From the NCBI GenBank assembly GCA_028534125.1, contig CM052832.1, positions 21,206,001 through 21,270,000 of the forward strand: 64,000 bases of DNA, written 5' to 3'. Each line of letters starts with the position of its first letter. Position 1 is the first letter of the stretch. Origin of the DNA: Lama glama (Eukaryota). Below, one piece after another: positions 13,135 through 24,897 of this stretch. Under the pieces are notes generated by a model. The model was not told the origin of the DNA and ran no database searches. It saw nothing but the letters and a program-made list of their open reading frames with translations. The position numbers and the translations under genes were made by a program.

Positions 13135-13905
13135 ATTCATTCAACATTAACAAATATTTGTTGATGGTTTACTGTGTACGAGGCATTGAGATAACGGAGA
13201 CAAACAGAATAGACAGAGTCTGGTCATTTGTGTCCTAGTGATGGTTGGGGAAAGAAAGGGGAATAAACAGGATAATTGCTGATGGTGATCAGCTATGTAG
13301 AAAGTAAGTTACGCACCTGAGATGCGATGGGGGAGGGAGAGCAGCAGGGGTGGCTGAGAGAGTCTTATCTGAAGGGACGTTGGAGGCGAGATCTGAATGA
13401 TGAGAAGTAGCCCTGTGAAGACTGGAAAAGAGCATTCTAGGCATAAGAAACAGTTCCTACAAAGCCCTTGAGACAAGAACAAGCTTGGTACATTCAGGGA
13501 AAAGAAAGAATGTGGGGCTAGAATCTGCAGAGCAGTGGGGAACGTTATCTTCAGGGTCATGAAACCCCTTGTGGCTCTGTTGAAGAGTTTGGAAGTTATT
13601 CTCCGCAATGGAAAACACGTGCAGGGTTTCAATTAGAGGAGCAGCATAATCTGATTTCATTTCGAATATATCCTCTGGATGGTATGTGAGGAAAAATGTA
13701 CAAAGGGGAAAAGAAAAAGACACAAAGTGAAAAGCTCATGTGTTGGCCCAGCCGGAAGTTCTGGTGGTCTGGACTGGAGGGGCAGTGGAGAGAAGTGGGT
13801 GGATTTGGAGATAGGGTCAACGAGACTTGCTGATGTGTGCCAAGATTCAGGGTGAGAGAGAAGAAGCAGGAAGGACTCCTTGGTTTCCTCTGGCTTTAGA
13901 GCTAG
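13135..13905 (-). mobile_element. L2 LINE 3' region
   Basis: ATTCATTCAAC...AAATATTTGTTGA tail, GAGCATTCTAGGC...AAAGCCCTTGAG, GGTTTCAATTAGAGGAGCAGCATAATCTGATT and GGATTTGGAGATA. Confidence 0.8.
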
Positions 13906-16639
13906 TAAGTGGCACAGCTCAATTTCAACCCAAGGTCTCGTTCCAGAGCGGCTCTTCACTCTGTTCTTCGTTTGGTCCCGGCTGAATTGAAACCCAATGC
14001 TACAGCCCCCATCTTCCCCAACCACTAACCCCAAACTCCCCGTGATGGGCCTTGGAATAGCCTAGACTGTCCTTAAGCCCTGGGTGTCGGGCTGCTCCGG
14101 ATACAGATTCTCAGAGCAACCAGAGAGAAGGAAGTTTGGCGCTAGTGTTTGAGGACATGCAAAGGGGCTGCCACAAAAGACCTGGTGTTAGACAGGGAAA
14201 TCTCCACCCTTTCCTGTTCCCATTTGTATTTTCCTAAAATTCTCACCCCACCCTCCTTCTCCTGTCCCTCAGGTTCTCTCCGGGCAGCTACCCCCATGTC
14301 TGTGTGGGTTCATGCACCATATAAAGTTATCTTACCACTCAGGGGCGACCAGGGGCAAGCTACCACTTTGGAGAATGCTGCTCAAGACAATTCCTTCCAT
14401 CTCCTGTGACAGAGACAAATGAGAAGCAGAAGAAAGCGGTTTTAAGAAAGCCACAGGGTGAGTTTCAAATACGAGAGGAGAGCTTCTGGTGTCATCCATG
14501 ACACAGAGACTCAATGGTAAGCGAGCTGAAAGAGGGCATTAATTTGGGCTAATGGGAGAAAAGCTTCGGAAGGGTGGACGGGAAAATAGTATCACAGTGG
14601 GGTTAAGAAAGGCTCAGCAGTGGGACATGATTATAAATTAGACTTTCAGACAATCTAAGAGACAGTGACTAGAAAAAGGCAGTAGATATGTAGCTTCAGG
14701 GGGAAGCAGAACTAAGAAGAACAATTTTAATATGAGGCATCTATGAAAGCACTTTTCAAGTGTTATGCAAATATCAGGGTTATTAATATCTGACCTTATC
14801 ATAGGCTGCTTTTCACTTATTTCTTTTTTACCTCAATGCACATTCTAAGTAAAAGAACAAATCATGTTTAATATTTCTTGGTATCATCAACACAATGTCC
14901 TACACAGACAGCTCAGTGGAAATTTGATCATTACAGTATCAAGTGAAAATACATGGAAGTGTTCCAGACATGGTCGTGCGTACACGTATGACCCTATGAA
15001 TTTCTTTTCTACACTGTACGTTACTGGAGAAGAGATACTAAGTCCTGTATTTCCTTGTATTTATCACAATACTTACCCCAGAGCCTTGAACCTAGTAGAC
15101 ACTCAATATTTGTTAGAGATTTCAAATACTTATATTAGTTATCCTCCAGTTCCAAATACCCAAATATTATAAATAACCAAAATTACAATGTAATTGTATG
15201 AAATGGCATCCTAATATATGGATAATTCCCTCCCTTTCCCAAAGAAATCCAGATGCGCTGCTTCCCCCTTATCAAAGCTCCATTCATCTGCTGGAGGTAC
15301 CACTGTGCTCATTAACTAAGTGTTAAGGAGGCACAGATGCTACTTTGGGTTTCACTTAATAAACCAGGGCAATTTAAAGTAATTACTCATATCTTGTGAA
15401 AGGAAGCCAATGTGTAGCCAGTTTAACCTGCTAAAGATCTGGGGGTGAAAGAACCTATAAAGTGAAGAGGATTGCGAATGGAAGCCCGCGATCCTTTGCC
15501 AAGGCTTTCAAGTGGAGCAATTATTTACCCTAAAAAAAAGGACTGAACTGACTTTTAAAAACCTTTAAAAAGCCATTTCAAATGTTTGTAGAATATTTTT
15601 AAAATGTTAAAGTGCCCAATTTACCGCCTAGATTTAGCTGTTTTGTCTGAAAATTTATTTTCGTAACTCTCTGAATGATGGTCTCCTTTCTAATCCAGTT
15701 GGCCAGAGCCACGTGATTTACTTCCCAGAATTATGAGCCCGGCTTTATGCCACTTGGAATAGCAAAGAAACAAATTATAAAATGACTTCCCACCTAGTAA
15801 TTTTCAATATACTGTCATGTGGATTTATTCTAACTCTGCAGACTTACACGTTACTTAGTGTACCTAAAAATGCTTTCCAGCAAGGAATGAAATGAGGCCA
15901 CTTTTGTTAATGTGTTACTCCACACAACAGACCAGTAGTAGATAATTGATTAGTAGTGGTAGTAGATTATAGTAGATAATCAGGGAAATTGTAGGTGCTT
16001 CTATATGATTACAGAGAAAAAAATTTATATAATTATTAATTGCTATAAAGTGAGTTTATTCCACAACTTATGAAGTTACTATAATTAAAGAAATTAACAA
16101 TTAGGCCCAATCTTTAGAGACTTAAATTCTATAATCTATATTATCTGAAGGCCAAATGATGTTTCTCTCATCTGAAAATAACATCATCTCTTAACCTCTT
16201 AGGTTAATAAGCTACTCAAAGAAGGGAAAGGTGATCAATATTTACTGGACACTCAACTGTATCCAGGTCCTTCTCAGGTAAGTTTCTTATTTAGCCTTTC
16301 ACAACACACTTCTAAGGGGAACACACGCCTCATTCTGCAGATGAGAAAAACGAGTTTCCAAAGTGTAAGTACCTCACCCAAGAGCAGATGACTAGAGGAG
16401 GCGTGGCTGGTGTCTGAAGACGAGTTTGTCTGCCTCCAATGTCCTAGCTATTTCACCTCAACAAAGATCTTCAATTAAATAAACAAGTAAACAAAAAAAG
16501 CAAGCTAATGTTTCCACTACAGTCAAAATCTCCCTCTTCCCTGCCAAAATATGACCCCATATTGTCATTTGTAAATGTCTTTTTTTTTTGTTTCTCTTAA
16601 AAAAAGTTACTAAATTTATTTCCTGTCTTAATAGTTGCC

Positions 16640-18105
16640 TCATTATGCTGCATTCAGAGCATATATTAAGTAATGGCATATTCAAAGTGGGAGTTTGCAA
16701 GGACCAGTAAGACACAGTTGATCCCTCAAAGATTCTGTGGTGAAGGGGGAAAGACAGGCAAACAGATGGCTATAAAATAAGGGCTTGGATATTCACAGAG
16801 TAGTAGGGATCACATCAGCGGTGGCTTAAACCAGACCGGTGTGGGGACGCCCTCACCAAACGTGGAAGCCTATGCTGATTTCTCAAGGGAAGTGTTAGCA
16901 GGTGAAGAGTTGGAGAAAGGACATAAGAGGAAGCCAGAAAAACCATATCAGGAGCATCAGAGTGAGAAAGCATGGTACTTTCTGGTAACTGAAAACATTT
17001 TAGTGCTGCTGAAGTATAGAATATAGAGAGGTTGATCGTAAAAGAGGAAAGAGGGGTGGTCATTCATGACACCCAGATCAGAAGCTAAATCGGGAACAGT
17101 TCCCAGAGTACTGTAAATCATGATACAGCATTTGAACCCTCCAGTAGGTGATGTGGAGGCATTCAAGGATTTCAACCAGGGGAGTGAAATGACTGGACTT
17201 GTATTTTAAATAGACCATGCTGGGGACCGTGTGATGAATAGACTGAAACAGAGCAAGACTAGATAGGAGAACAGGTGAAAGGCCACCACAAAATCCCAAG
17301 TGAGATAATGATAAAAGGCTTTGCCTACCGTAGTGGAATGGAGTGAAAGGTAAATTCCAGAGATATCCAGAAGGTCGACTGCAGGAGACTTCGTAAATCA
17401 CTGGACGTGGGAGTGAAGGAAAGCTGAAGGAGGCATCTGGAATTCTTCCTTTTAATGACCTGCACCAGTGAGCTGACAATAGTGTCATTCATCAACAAGA
17501 GTGACTGGGAGAGAAATAGCAGTCTTGAAGGGGAGCCCAGGAGTTCATGCTTAGACAGGTGAGTTTGAAATCAACGTGACTCGTCCACATGGAGCTGTTT
17601 AGTAGGTCTGGAGAGCAGGCGAGAGGCTACGGCACATAAACATAGATTCTGGGAGCCACCAGTTTGTATATCATTTTTTAATTTAATCTTTTCTATTAAG
17701 GTATAGTTGATGTATAGTTGATATTACATATGTTACAGGTATACAACGTATATCACTTATAAAGCCAAGGAGGTGAACAAGAGCATGCTAGTTGAATGCT
17801 CTTACTGCCCGGAGAAGGTGGGAGGTGAATCACAGACCACCAATATGAAAGACGTGGTCCAGCAGCAAAAAAGTCCAAGAGAAGCACTCATGGAGCAATG
17901 GACACCTGGGAGAAGGTGGCATCACAGAAGCCAAGAGAGGAGAGCTCCAGCAGGAAGATGTGACAGGCAGTGTCCCGTACTTCAGGGATGGCCAGTCAGA
18001 TCAGGATCAAAGAGCAAACAGTAGATTTAGCAACAAAGACGGCATTGACTGAAAAGGTGAGAGCTGGGTCAGGGGACCTGTGGGAATGGAAGCCAGACTC
18101 AAGTT
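16640..18105 (-). mobile_element. L2 LINE fragment (long), containing a small L1 insertion
   Basis: GGATTTCAACCAGGGGAGTGAAATGACTGGACTTGTATTTTAAA, GGAGTTCATGCTTAGACAGGTGAGTTTGAAAT and GATTTAGCAACAAAGA motifs. Confidence 0.7.
17674..17747 (-). mobile_element. Severely 5'-truncated L1 (~75 bp) with TSD
   Basis: T-rich tail followed by AAGGTATAGTTGAT...GTTACAGGTATACAAC; flanked by GTATATCA at 17666-17673 and 17748-17755. Confidence 0.65.
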
Positions 18106-18922
18106 CTCATCTGATAGAGTTTCCTGAATGAAACAAAGGGCTCATCTAGAACTCTATTTGCTGAAGGCTTTATGCCAATTATAAAGTTAAAACTTTTTTC
18201 AAGTACTTTCATTTAGTTGGCAATTAAATAAGCAGGGGACTTGTATATGCCCTTTCCTTAATTATAGCTTTCATAATTATTCACTTTCATGTACTGGCTC
18301 ATCTGTGAAATGGGTTGGCTGAGGCATCAGGTCAAAGCTGGGTCTACATGTAAAAGCTATCGTTGACTCAAACCAGTTAATATAGTGCGCATCTGTGAAA
18401 TGTGATTAGATGAAGCCTAGAACATGATTCTAATTCCAATCATCAGCAGACACAGCACAGTGATTCATTTAAGGTTTAGTCCTGAAATGTTCTGTTGTCT
18501 TCCATATGTACATACCTCTTATTTTATTTTAATAGAATTAACTGGTTTCTTTTTTATAATTTTTGTGCTGGAGGTTAATTAATCCCTCATGAAGAGTCCA
18601 TAGCATTATATTTGGTTTCTGCTGGTAGAGTTTACTTTCAGAGAATGCCACCTATCAACAAACATGCCTAAATCAGGGTGATAATGAACCTCATCTCCTG
18701 TATTATTTCAAAGATTTCTTCTTTCTCAGTTTACTTATCTAATTTTTTAAATAATGAGAGCAAGGAGAATTAATTTTTTCTTGCCTTAACAATGTTTCAT
18801 AATGCTTAAATTGTAGCTTATGTTTGTAAATTTACAATATATTCAATATTTACAATATTGTAAATTTCAATTTCATTATAAATGCATGTACATAAGACAT
18901 AAAGATATATGTACATGTATAC

Positions 18923-18945
18923 GTGTGTGTGTGTGTGTGTGTGTG
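18923..18945. repeat. (GT)n microsatellite
   Basis: Seen directly. Confidence 0.9.
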
Positions 18946-20747
18946 GTGGGGGTGTTTTAAGGAAAGTTTTTCCTCCCTGGAAAGAGAGAGAGAGAGAACA
19001 GAGACAAAGGACAGACAAGAAGAGAAACTCCTCCCTTCCTGCTTCTGGAGGTTGTTTAGTGAGAATGAGATGCCTGGAGCTGCTGAACCCATTAATTTGG
19101 CCAAGTGATGTGGAGCAGCAAGGAGGAGAGAGCCTGAGTTTCTCATGATGCTGTGAATCTGGTCAACCAATCAGGAACTGCTCCCTTCACTTCTTATTGG
19201 GTAAGATAGTGACCCTAAAAATTAAACCCATTTTTAAATAGGGTGTTTGTTCCCTCTCAATCAAGAGAAATGATTTCATATGCAACACATGCATACGTTC
19301 AATGAAAAGAAATGATTATACACAACACACATACACACGCATGCACACAGAGTGCGTTATGCACTGAAGACTATACATTTGGTTCTCAAAGAGTAAGAAT
19401 TCCATTTATAACAATAAACAAAGGAGGTTTTAGTCACACCACTTAGATTCACTATTTAGTCCAAATTGATCTCTCGTAAAAAACTAGAAAAGGTCACTCT
19501 GTACCAACACAAAAGTAGTAAAAGCTACTTTAAATTTTTTTTAAAAAATTAGGGTTGAAAACAGGCTCCATTAAAAAAATTAGGAGGAACCAGTCAAGTT
19601 AGGATTCTTAAAAGTAAACATGATTTATGGCCACAGTGCAACTAAAGTTTTACGTCCATAGAATTTTAAAAGAAGAAAAAAATTGAAAAAAATTACTTCA
19701 AAAATCTTTCAATTAAATCAACACAACTATGTGTGATTTTTGAGCCACCATTATAAACTGTAACACCCTAAGAGGAATACGTTATATGAACTCCAGTAAG
19801 GAGGACAATGTATAATTCATTTAAGAGTAAAGAATACATTTTCTCCTTTATGTATAGATTTTAATTAATTCTGAAATAGGTGAACTTCCCTTTAACACTG
19901 AAATTTGGATAAAGAGAAGCTAAGCAAAGTCCAACATATTCTTTGAGAGATTAGGAGAGCAGATTCCAAATATTCAAGGACGGGTACAATTGAAAATGAG
20001 AACTAGTGCAAGAGAACAGAGGACTCTTAAAATAGGGATCATTTGCGACTGTATTCTTAGAACCTTCCCAAGGAAGAAAAGGTGAAGGCAGCTGCAAGCC
20101 AGCTGCAGGGAAGCTCTCTGGTGTGCTCAGACTTTCAAAGGGCACGAGCTGGACGTGAAAGCAGGACGCCACCACGATGATGACAGAAGGGCATCAACCT
20201 GAAACAGACTCAGAGAGCTTTATGCCCAGAGGCCTCTGAAGCACATCCCTGAAAGCAAAAGTTCTGTGGCTCAGAAAAACAGCACAAAAAGAAAGGGACA
20301 GGCCCACTTCTTGGTCCAGAGAAAACTCAAGAACAATTTTGCTTCCATTTTGTTTCCGTCTTCACCTTCAGAAGACTTGACTCTGGAAAGAAAAGAGCGT
20401 GTTGAGCAACCAAGGCCCCAGATGGGGGCAGATAGTGACATCTCCCCTGTTTGTCTCCCCAGGGCTGAGTCTCTGAATGCCTCCCAGAGGCCCTAAAGGC
20501 TGATGGATGACAGAAGGACCACCATTGGGCATCTCTGTGCAATCACAGAGACAGGCAGAGAAGGCAAACTTCCTTCTTTTTCAAGAGGGGAGGGAAGGGG
20601 TAAGATGAACTGCCGGCCAAAGTGCTTTACATTATGCTCCAGAAAAACTCACCATTTTCATTCTTTTTAACTGACTGTGATCACTGAGAAAATAATTCAG
20701 CAATCACATGGAGCCAAACTAAATTTCATTAAGACACTACATGCTGA

Positions 20748-20766
20748 TTTCTTTCTTTCTTTCTTT

Positions 20767-20842
<76 letters not shown>

Positions 20843-20846
20843 TTTT
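20748..20846. repeat. (TTTC)n tetranucleotide microsatellite, ~23 units
   Basis: Seen directly, near-perfect. Confidence 0.97.
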
Positions 20847-23800
20847 AGCTAGGGGCCACTAATCTGGAAGATATGAATATTGTATTTAAGGTAAATTCTG
20901 ATTTCAGCAAAACATTTCACAAAGTCACATGGTATCCTCCAAGTCGCTTTCAAACTCGTCATTTGACGATTCTTCCGAAGTGCCTTTTGTTTTCTTTTGT
21001 GATTTCATTCTTGGCAAGCTTTTATGGCTTCAGATATTGGACAGTCTTGCAAAAGGAATTCTAATTAAACTGCTATTCAAAAATGACTGTAAAAATGGAC
21101 ATGTTGATCAATGTAAATGTGATGGTTAAATGAATGCTATTATGAGTGAACAACACAGATAACTGTTTTCTAGAAATTACCTTAAAATATATGCCATACT
21201 TTAAAATTTCTGTCCTATGCCTAATGGAAAAGAGGGTCAGTTGTGGAATTACACAGGTTCAGTTCCACTTATTAGACCTGGGGCAACTGAATTATTTCCT
21301 TCTCTATAATAATAACTATCTCAAAGGGCTGGTATTAAATGAAACAATAGACATAAAGCACAAATATACACAGTGCTCCACAAATGCTGATGCTCTGAGT
21401 GGTGGTAGCTGTTTAGTAGTCATTTCATTTGCTTTCAAGCAAGCCAGTCAATATTTTCTGCATGAAAATGGTTTTCTCTATCTGTTATCAGGTAAGATTT
21501 TGCCAGCTACAGACCACTTGGCTAAGAGCGTCTTTGTCAACGTGAATTTATTTTCCCTACATAACAAGAAGTTCAGTGGTGCCATTCTTGAACTGGTTCC
21601 ACAGTTCACCGAGTCATGGCTCCTGGTCAGCGTTTCCACGATTCTCTTGGGTTTTTCCCTCATGGCCACAGGATAAGCTACTGCAGCTGCTCCAAGCAGG
21701 AAGGAAACAGGAACAGGCACTCATCAAAGGCCTCACGCTCATCATCCGGCAAGAAAATCCTTCTCAGACACCCTGCTCCCCTGCCCTGCAGCCTTTCCCT
21801 CAGCTCATCTCCTGGGACACCCGGTGGGTCCCGCCCAACGGGAGGCCGAGAATTAAGTGTCTGCCACTTGCAGCCACAACAGTGGGAAAGGAGATTTCCC
21901 ACTTTCCCACCCAGAAAAAGGGTGAACCGGTGTTCGCCTCCTTATTTCACCTTTGCTTCTCCTTTTCATTATTAATCAGATATATTTTTTCAAAGGCCCA
22001 TTTCGGAAGACTAAGGCAAAATATACTGCCCTACCTCAATCTCTGCACAAATGTTCACTGCCAGACGTAATGAAAAAAATAAACATACCATCCCCACCTC
22101 CTAAAGGCAGCAAAGCAGGTAATTATTAACCAATGCAAAAATTTGCAAATATCCCTAAAACAAAACAAAACAAAACAAAACAACTGGGAAACCCTGAGCC
22201 AGATGGTCTCTCCTGATTGCTTCTGGCCTGATGACTCACTCTTTTGTCCCTTGTGTTTCACGCCTTCTTTCCCAGAAATCCCCCTGATCTCATCTCCCCG
22301 TTTGCTTCCTCTTCCATTAGGTGGATCAAATGTCCTTCAAAAAATCACCTTCCTCTTCTAAGCAATGAACAGGAGAATGGTGGTAGAAACAGGCATAAGG
22401 GACTGAATGTGTGTGTGTGTGTGCGTGTGTAAAGAATGTGGACAAAGGAAGCAGATTTGCCTTTAACTTCACCCTGTGAACTTCCAAACATAAAAAAAAA
22501 TCCACTGATATCTTTCTGATAATTCCCAGGCTTGACTCCCTCTCCACCCTCCTCCACACCTCTCATCCCAGCTCTTGCCCTCTCCCTGCTCCCCACCTCC
22601 CCCGAGAAGAGAAAGTCAGGACATGAAAAAGCTTTCTACCTCCTGAAAAAGTAAAGCAGAAATCATGAGAACTAGACGGCCACTTTTTACAGCAGAGCAT
22701 ATCGCAGATGAGGGCAGAGATCTTTTCCGCTTCTGCCCTTCCTTAAGGAGGCACTTCATTCTTTCCCTTCCTTGTGGGACTCGCCAAACCAGATGCCTGG
22801 GCCAATCTTGTTCCAGAAAGATAACAGAGAATCCCAAACACAGAGCATGCCTCACCACAGCCAGTGTGGGATAGTGAAAAGAGTTGAGGTCAGTGCTTGT
22901 GTACCATTGAAGAAATGGGATCAAAATCATTCTACACCAGCCAATGCTACTCTAAAATAAAATTCTAGTGGGATACACTGCAGGTCCCACAACAATCAGA
23001 TAAGGATGTTGAGGCTTAGCAACCACACAAGAGGAAGTCCACACTGTGGAGGGCAGGAAACTCAGAGACTACGGCAGTGTGGGCACGCTCCCAGAAGATG
23101 GGGTGACTTTAGGAAGGTTTGGGGCCAGCCCGACACATGACGCTGGATTTATGCTGCAAGATGGGGGTCCTCCGTCTTCAAAGGCCCTTTACAAATATGA
23201 AATGTCCAGCAGAGAACAGAGATGGGGGATTACCTGAAAAGCAGTCTAGGGGAGAAGGATTGATAAGAGGGTCAGGAATGTTACCCTGGAGAGGAAGGGA
23301 GTTCGGCAGGAGCACAGCCTGGAGCAGTGCCAGCCGCAGGGCGGTGGTTCAGTGCTCTGTTCCAGGGTCCTACTTCCTGCCCCCGCTGACCCTGGGTGAA
23401 GTCCCTGCCAGCTGTGGGAGAACTGAGTGCCGTAGGGAATCCATGCCAATGCATAGAGGCTCCCCAGTAACCGTGTGTCCACTCCTGTTGCTGTGAAGGG
23501 CTTCCCATCTTGATTTAGATCCTGCTGCATCTTTCCCCAAGTGCCCGAGGCTGGGACAAAGCATTTGCGGGGAGCTTCAGGTAACATTTTCAGGAAAATC
23601 CACCTTTTGATCTGCGGATTGCACAATAAAGAGGTAGTCCTAGGACCTCGATTGGAGAAATACTGTGAAAGCATTCCATTAAGGGATAATCCTATTCAAT
23701 TTAGAGAATTTGGCAGGATGGGGATTTATAAAGGAATGTAACTTTTTGTGCAATGTTTTAAGTGTCTCTAAAAACACTGAATAAAGGTAATAACAATAAC

Positions 23801-24069
23801 TCCTTGCATTTGTGAGCTGCTTTTAGATATTAAGTGCTTACACATGTGTTGTTTTATTTAATGTCTGCTGAATTATCAGACAATCCTACCTGTGGGAGAT
23901 GGCTAACAGCCTGCTATAACAGAAGTTTCTGGCTCTGGGCTGGCGTGGAGAGTAACTCTGTTATTGTTACCTTTTTGGCGACTGTTCCATAGGCGGCTGC
24001 CAGTCCCCAGTAAGCCCTGTTGCCCTGATGGAACAGGGCATAACCTGCAAAATACAACTACCCCCTGCA

Positions 24070-24265
24070 AAGTGGCTTTTAGACAAATGTGGTTTGTAAA
24101 CCACCTACATTAGAAACATTTTCATTTCAAAACGCAGATAGGCAGAAATCCAAATTCCACCTCGGCACAGGAAATCCAAACTGGGCAAGAGGTCTAGAAA
24201 TCTGTGTTTCTAACAAACATCCCAGACGATCCTTACAAATACTAACAATGAAGGACAACCATTCG
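24070..24265. mobile_element. MER5-like hAT-Charlie element
   Basis: CAAATGTGGTTTGTAAACCACCTACATTAGAA ... GAAATCTGTGTTTCTAACAAACATCCCAG. Confidence 0.55.
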
Positions 24266-24557
24266 AATGTATCAAGAACTCAAATAAAAATAGTTAAATT
24301 CTGCCCAGCTGCCAGCTGGGCAAATGGCAAAAACATAAATTGCACATAAAAGCATATAAAAAGGACTCAGATAGAAGGACCAGTCACCAAGCCAGGAAAC
24401 CATACACACCAAACCTGCACTAGGGAATCCAGGGCAAGGACAAGGGGGAAGCAAGGAAGGTGCTCACCCGGGGTGCAAAGTTTACAGGGGACCCAAAAAA
24501 CTCTGTAATCAAGATAAATAATGTCTTAATGAAGTATTTTTTAAAAAATCAAAGTCA

Positions 24558-24770
24558 GCACACACATGACTATATATAACAACATAGATAAACAACAAGG
24601 ACCTACGGTATAGCACAGGGAACTATATTCAATTTCTTATAACAACATATAATGGAAAAGAATCTGAAAAGAAAATACATATGTATGTGTATGTATAACT
24701 GAGTCACTTTGCTGCCTACCTGAAACTAATGTTGTAAATCAACTACACTTCAATTAAAATTTTTTTAAAA
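24558..24770 (+). mobile_element. L1 3' end, cetartiodactyl type
   Basis: ATAAACAACAAGGACCTACGGTATAGCACAGGGAACTATATTCAA ... GTATAACTGAGTCACTTTGCTG ... TTGTAAATCAACTACACTTCAATTAAAA. Confidence 0.85.
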
Positions 24771-24897
24771 AGGAAGGGAGGGCATAAGTGGTAAAGTACA
24801 TACTTAGCATGCATGAGGTCCTGGGTTCAATCCCCAGTACCTTCTCTAAGAATAAATAAACCTAATTACCTCCCCCCACCAAAAAAATAAAAATTAA
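24771..24897 (+). mobile_element. tRNA-derived SINE (camelid vic-1-like)
   Basis: GGGAGGGCATAAGTGGTAAAG ... GCATGCATGAGGTCCTGGGTTCAATCCCCAGTACC ... AAATAAACCTAATTACCTCCCCCC plus A-tail. Confidence 0.85.

Noticed and set aside
21146..21676. 176-aa ORF
   Set aside because: GTG start, overlaps a MIR-like remnant, no recognisable domain and no supporting gene structure
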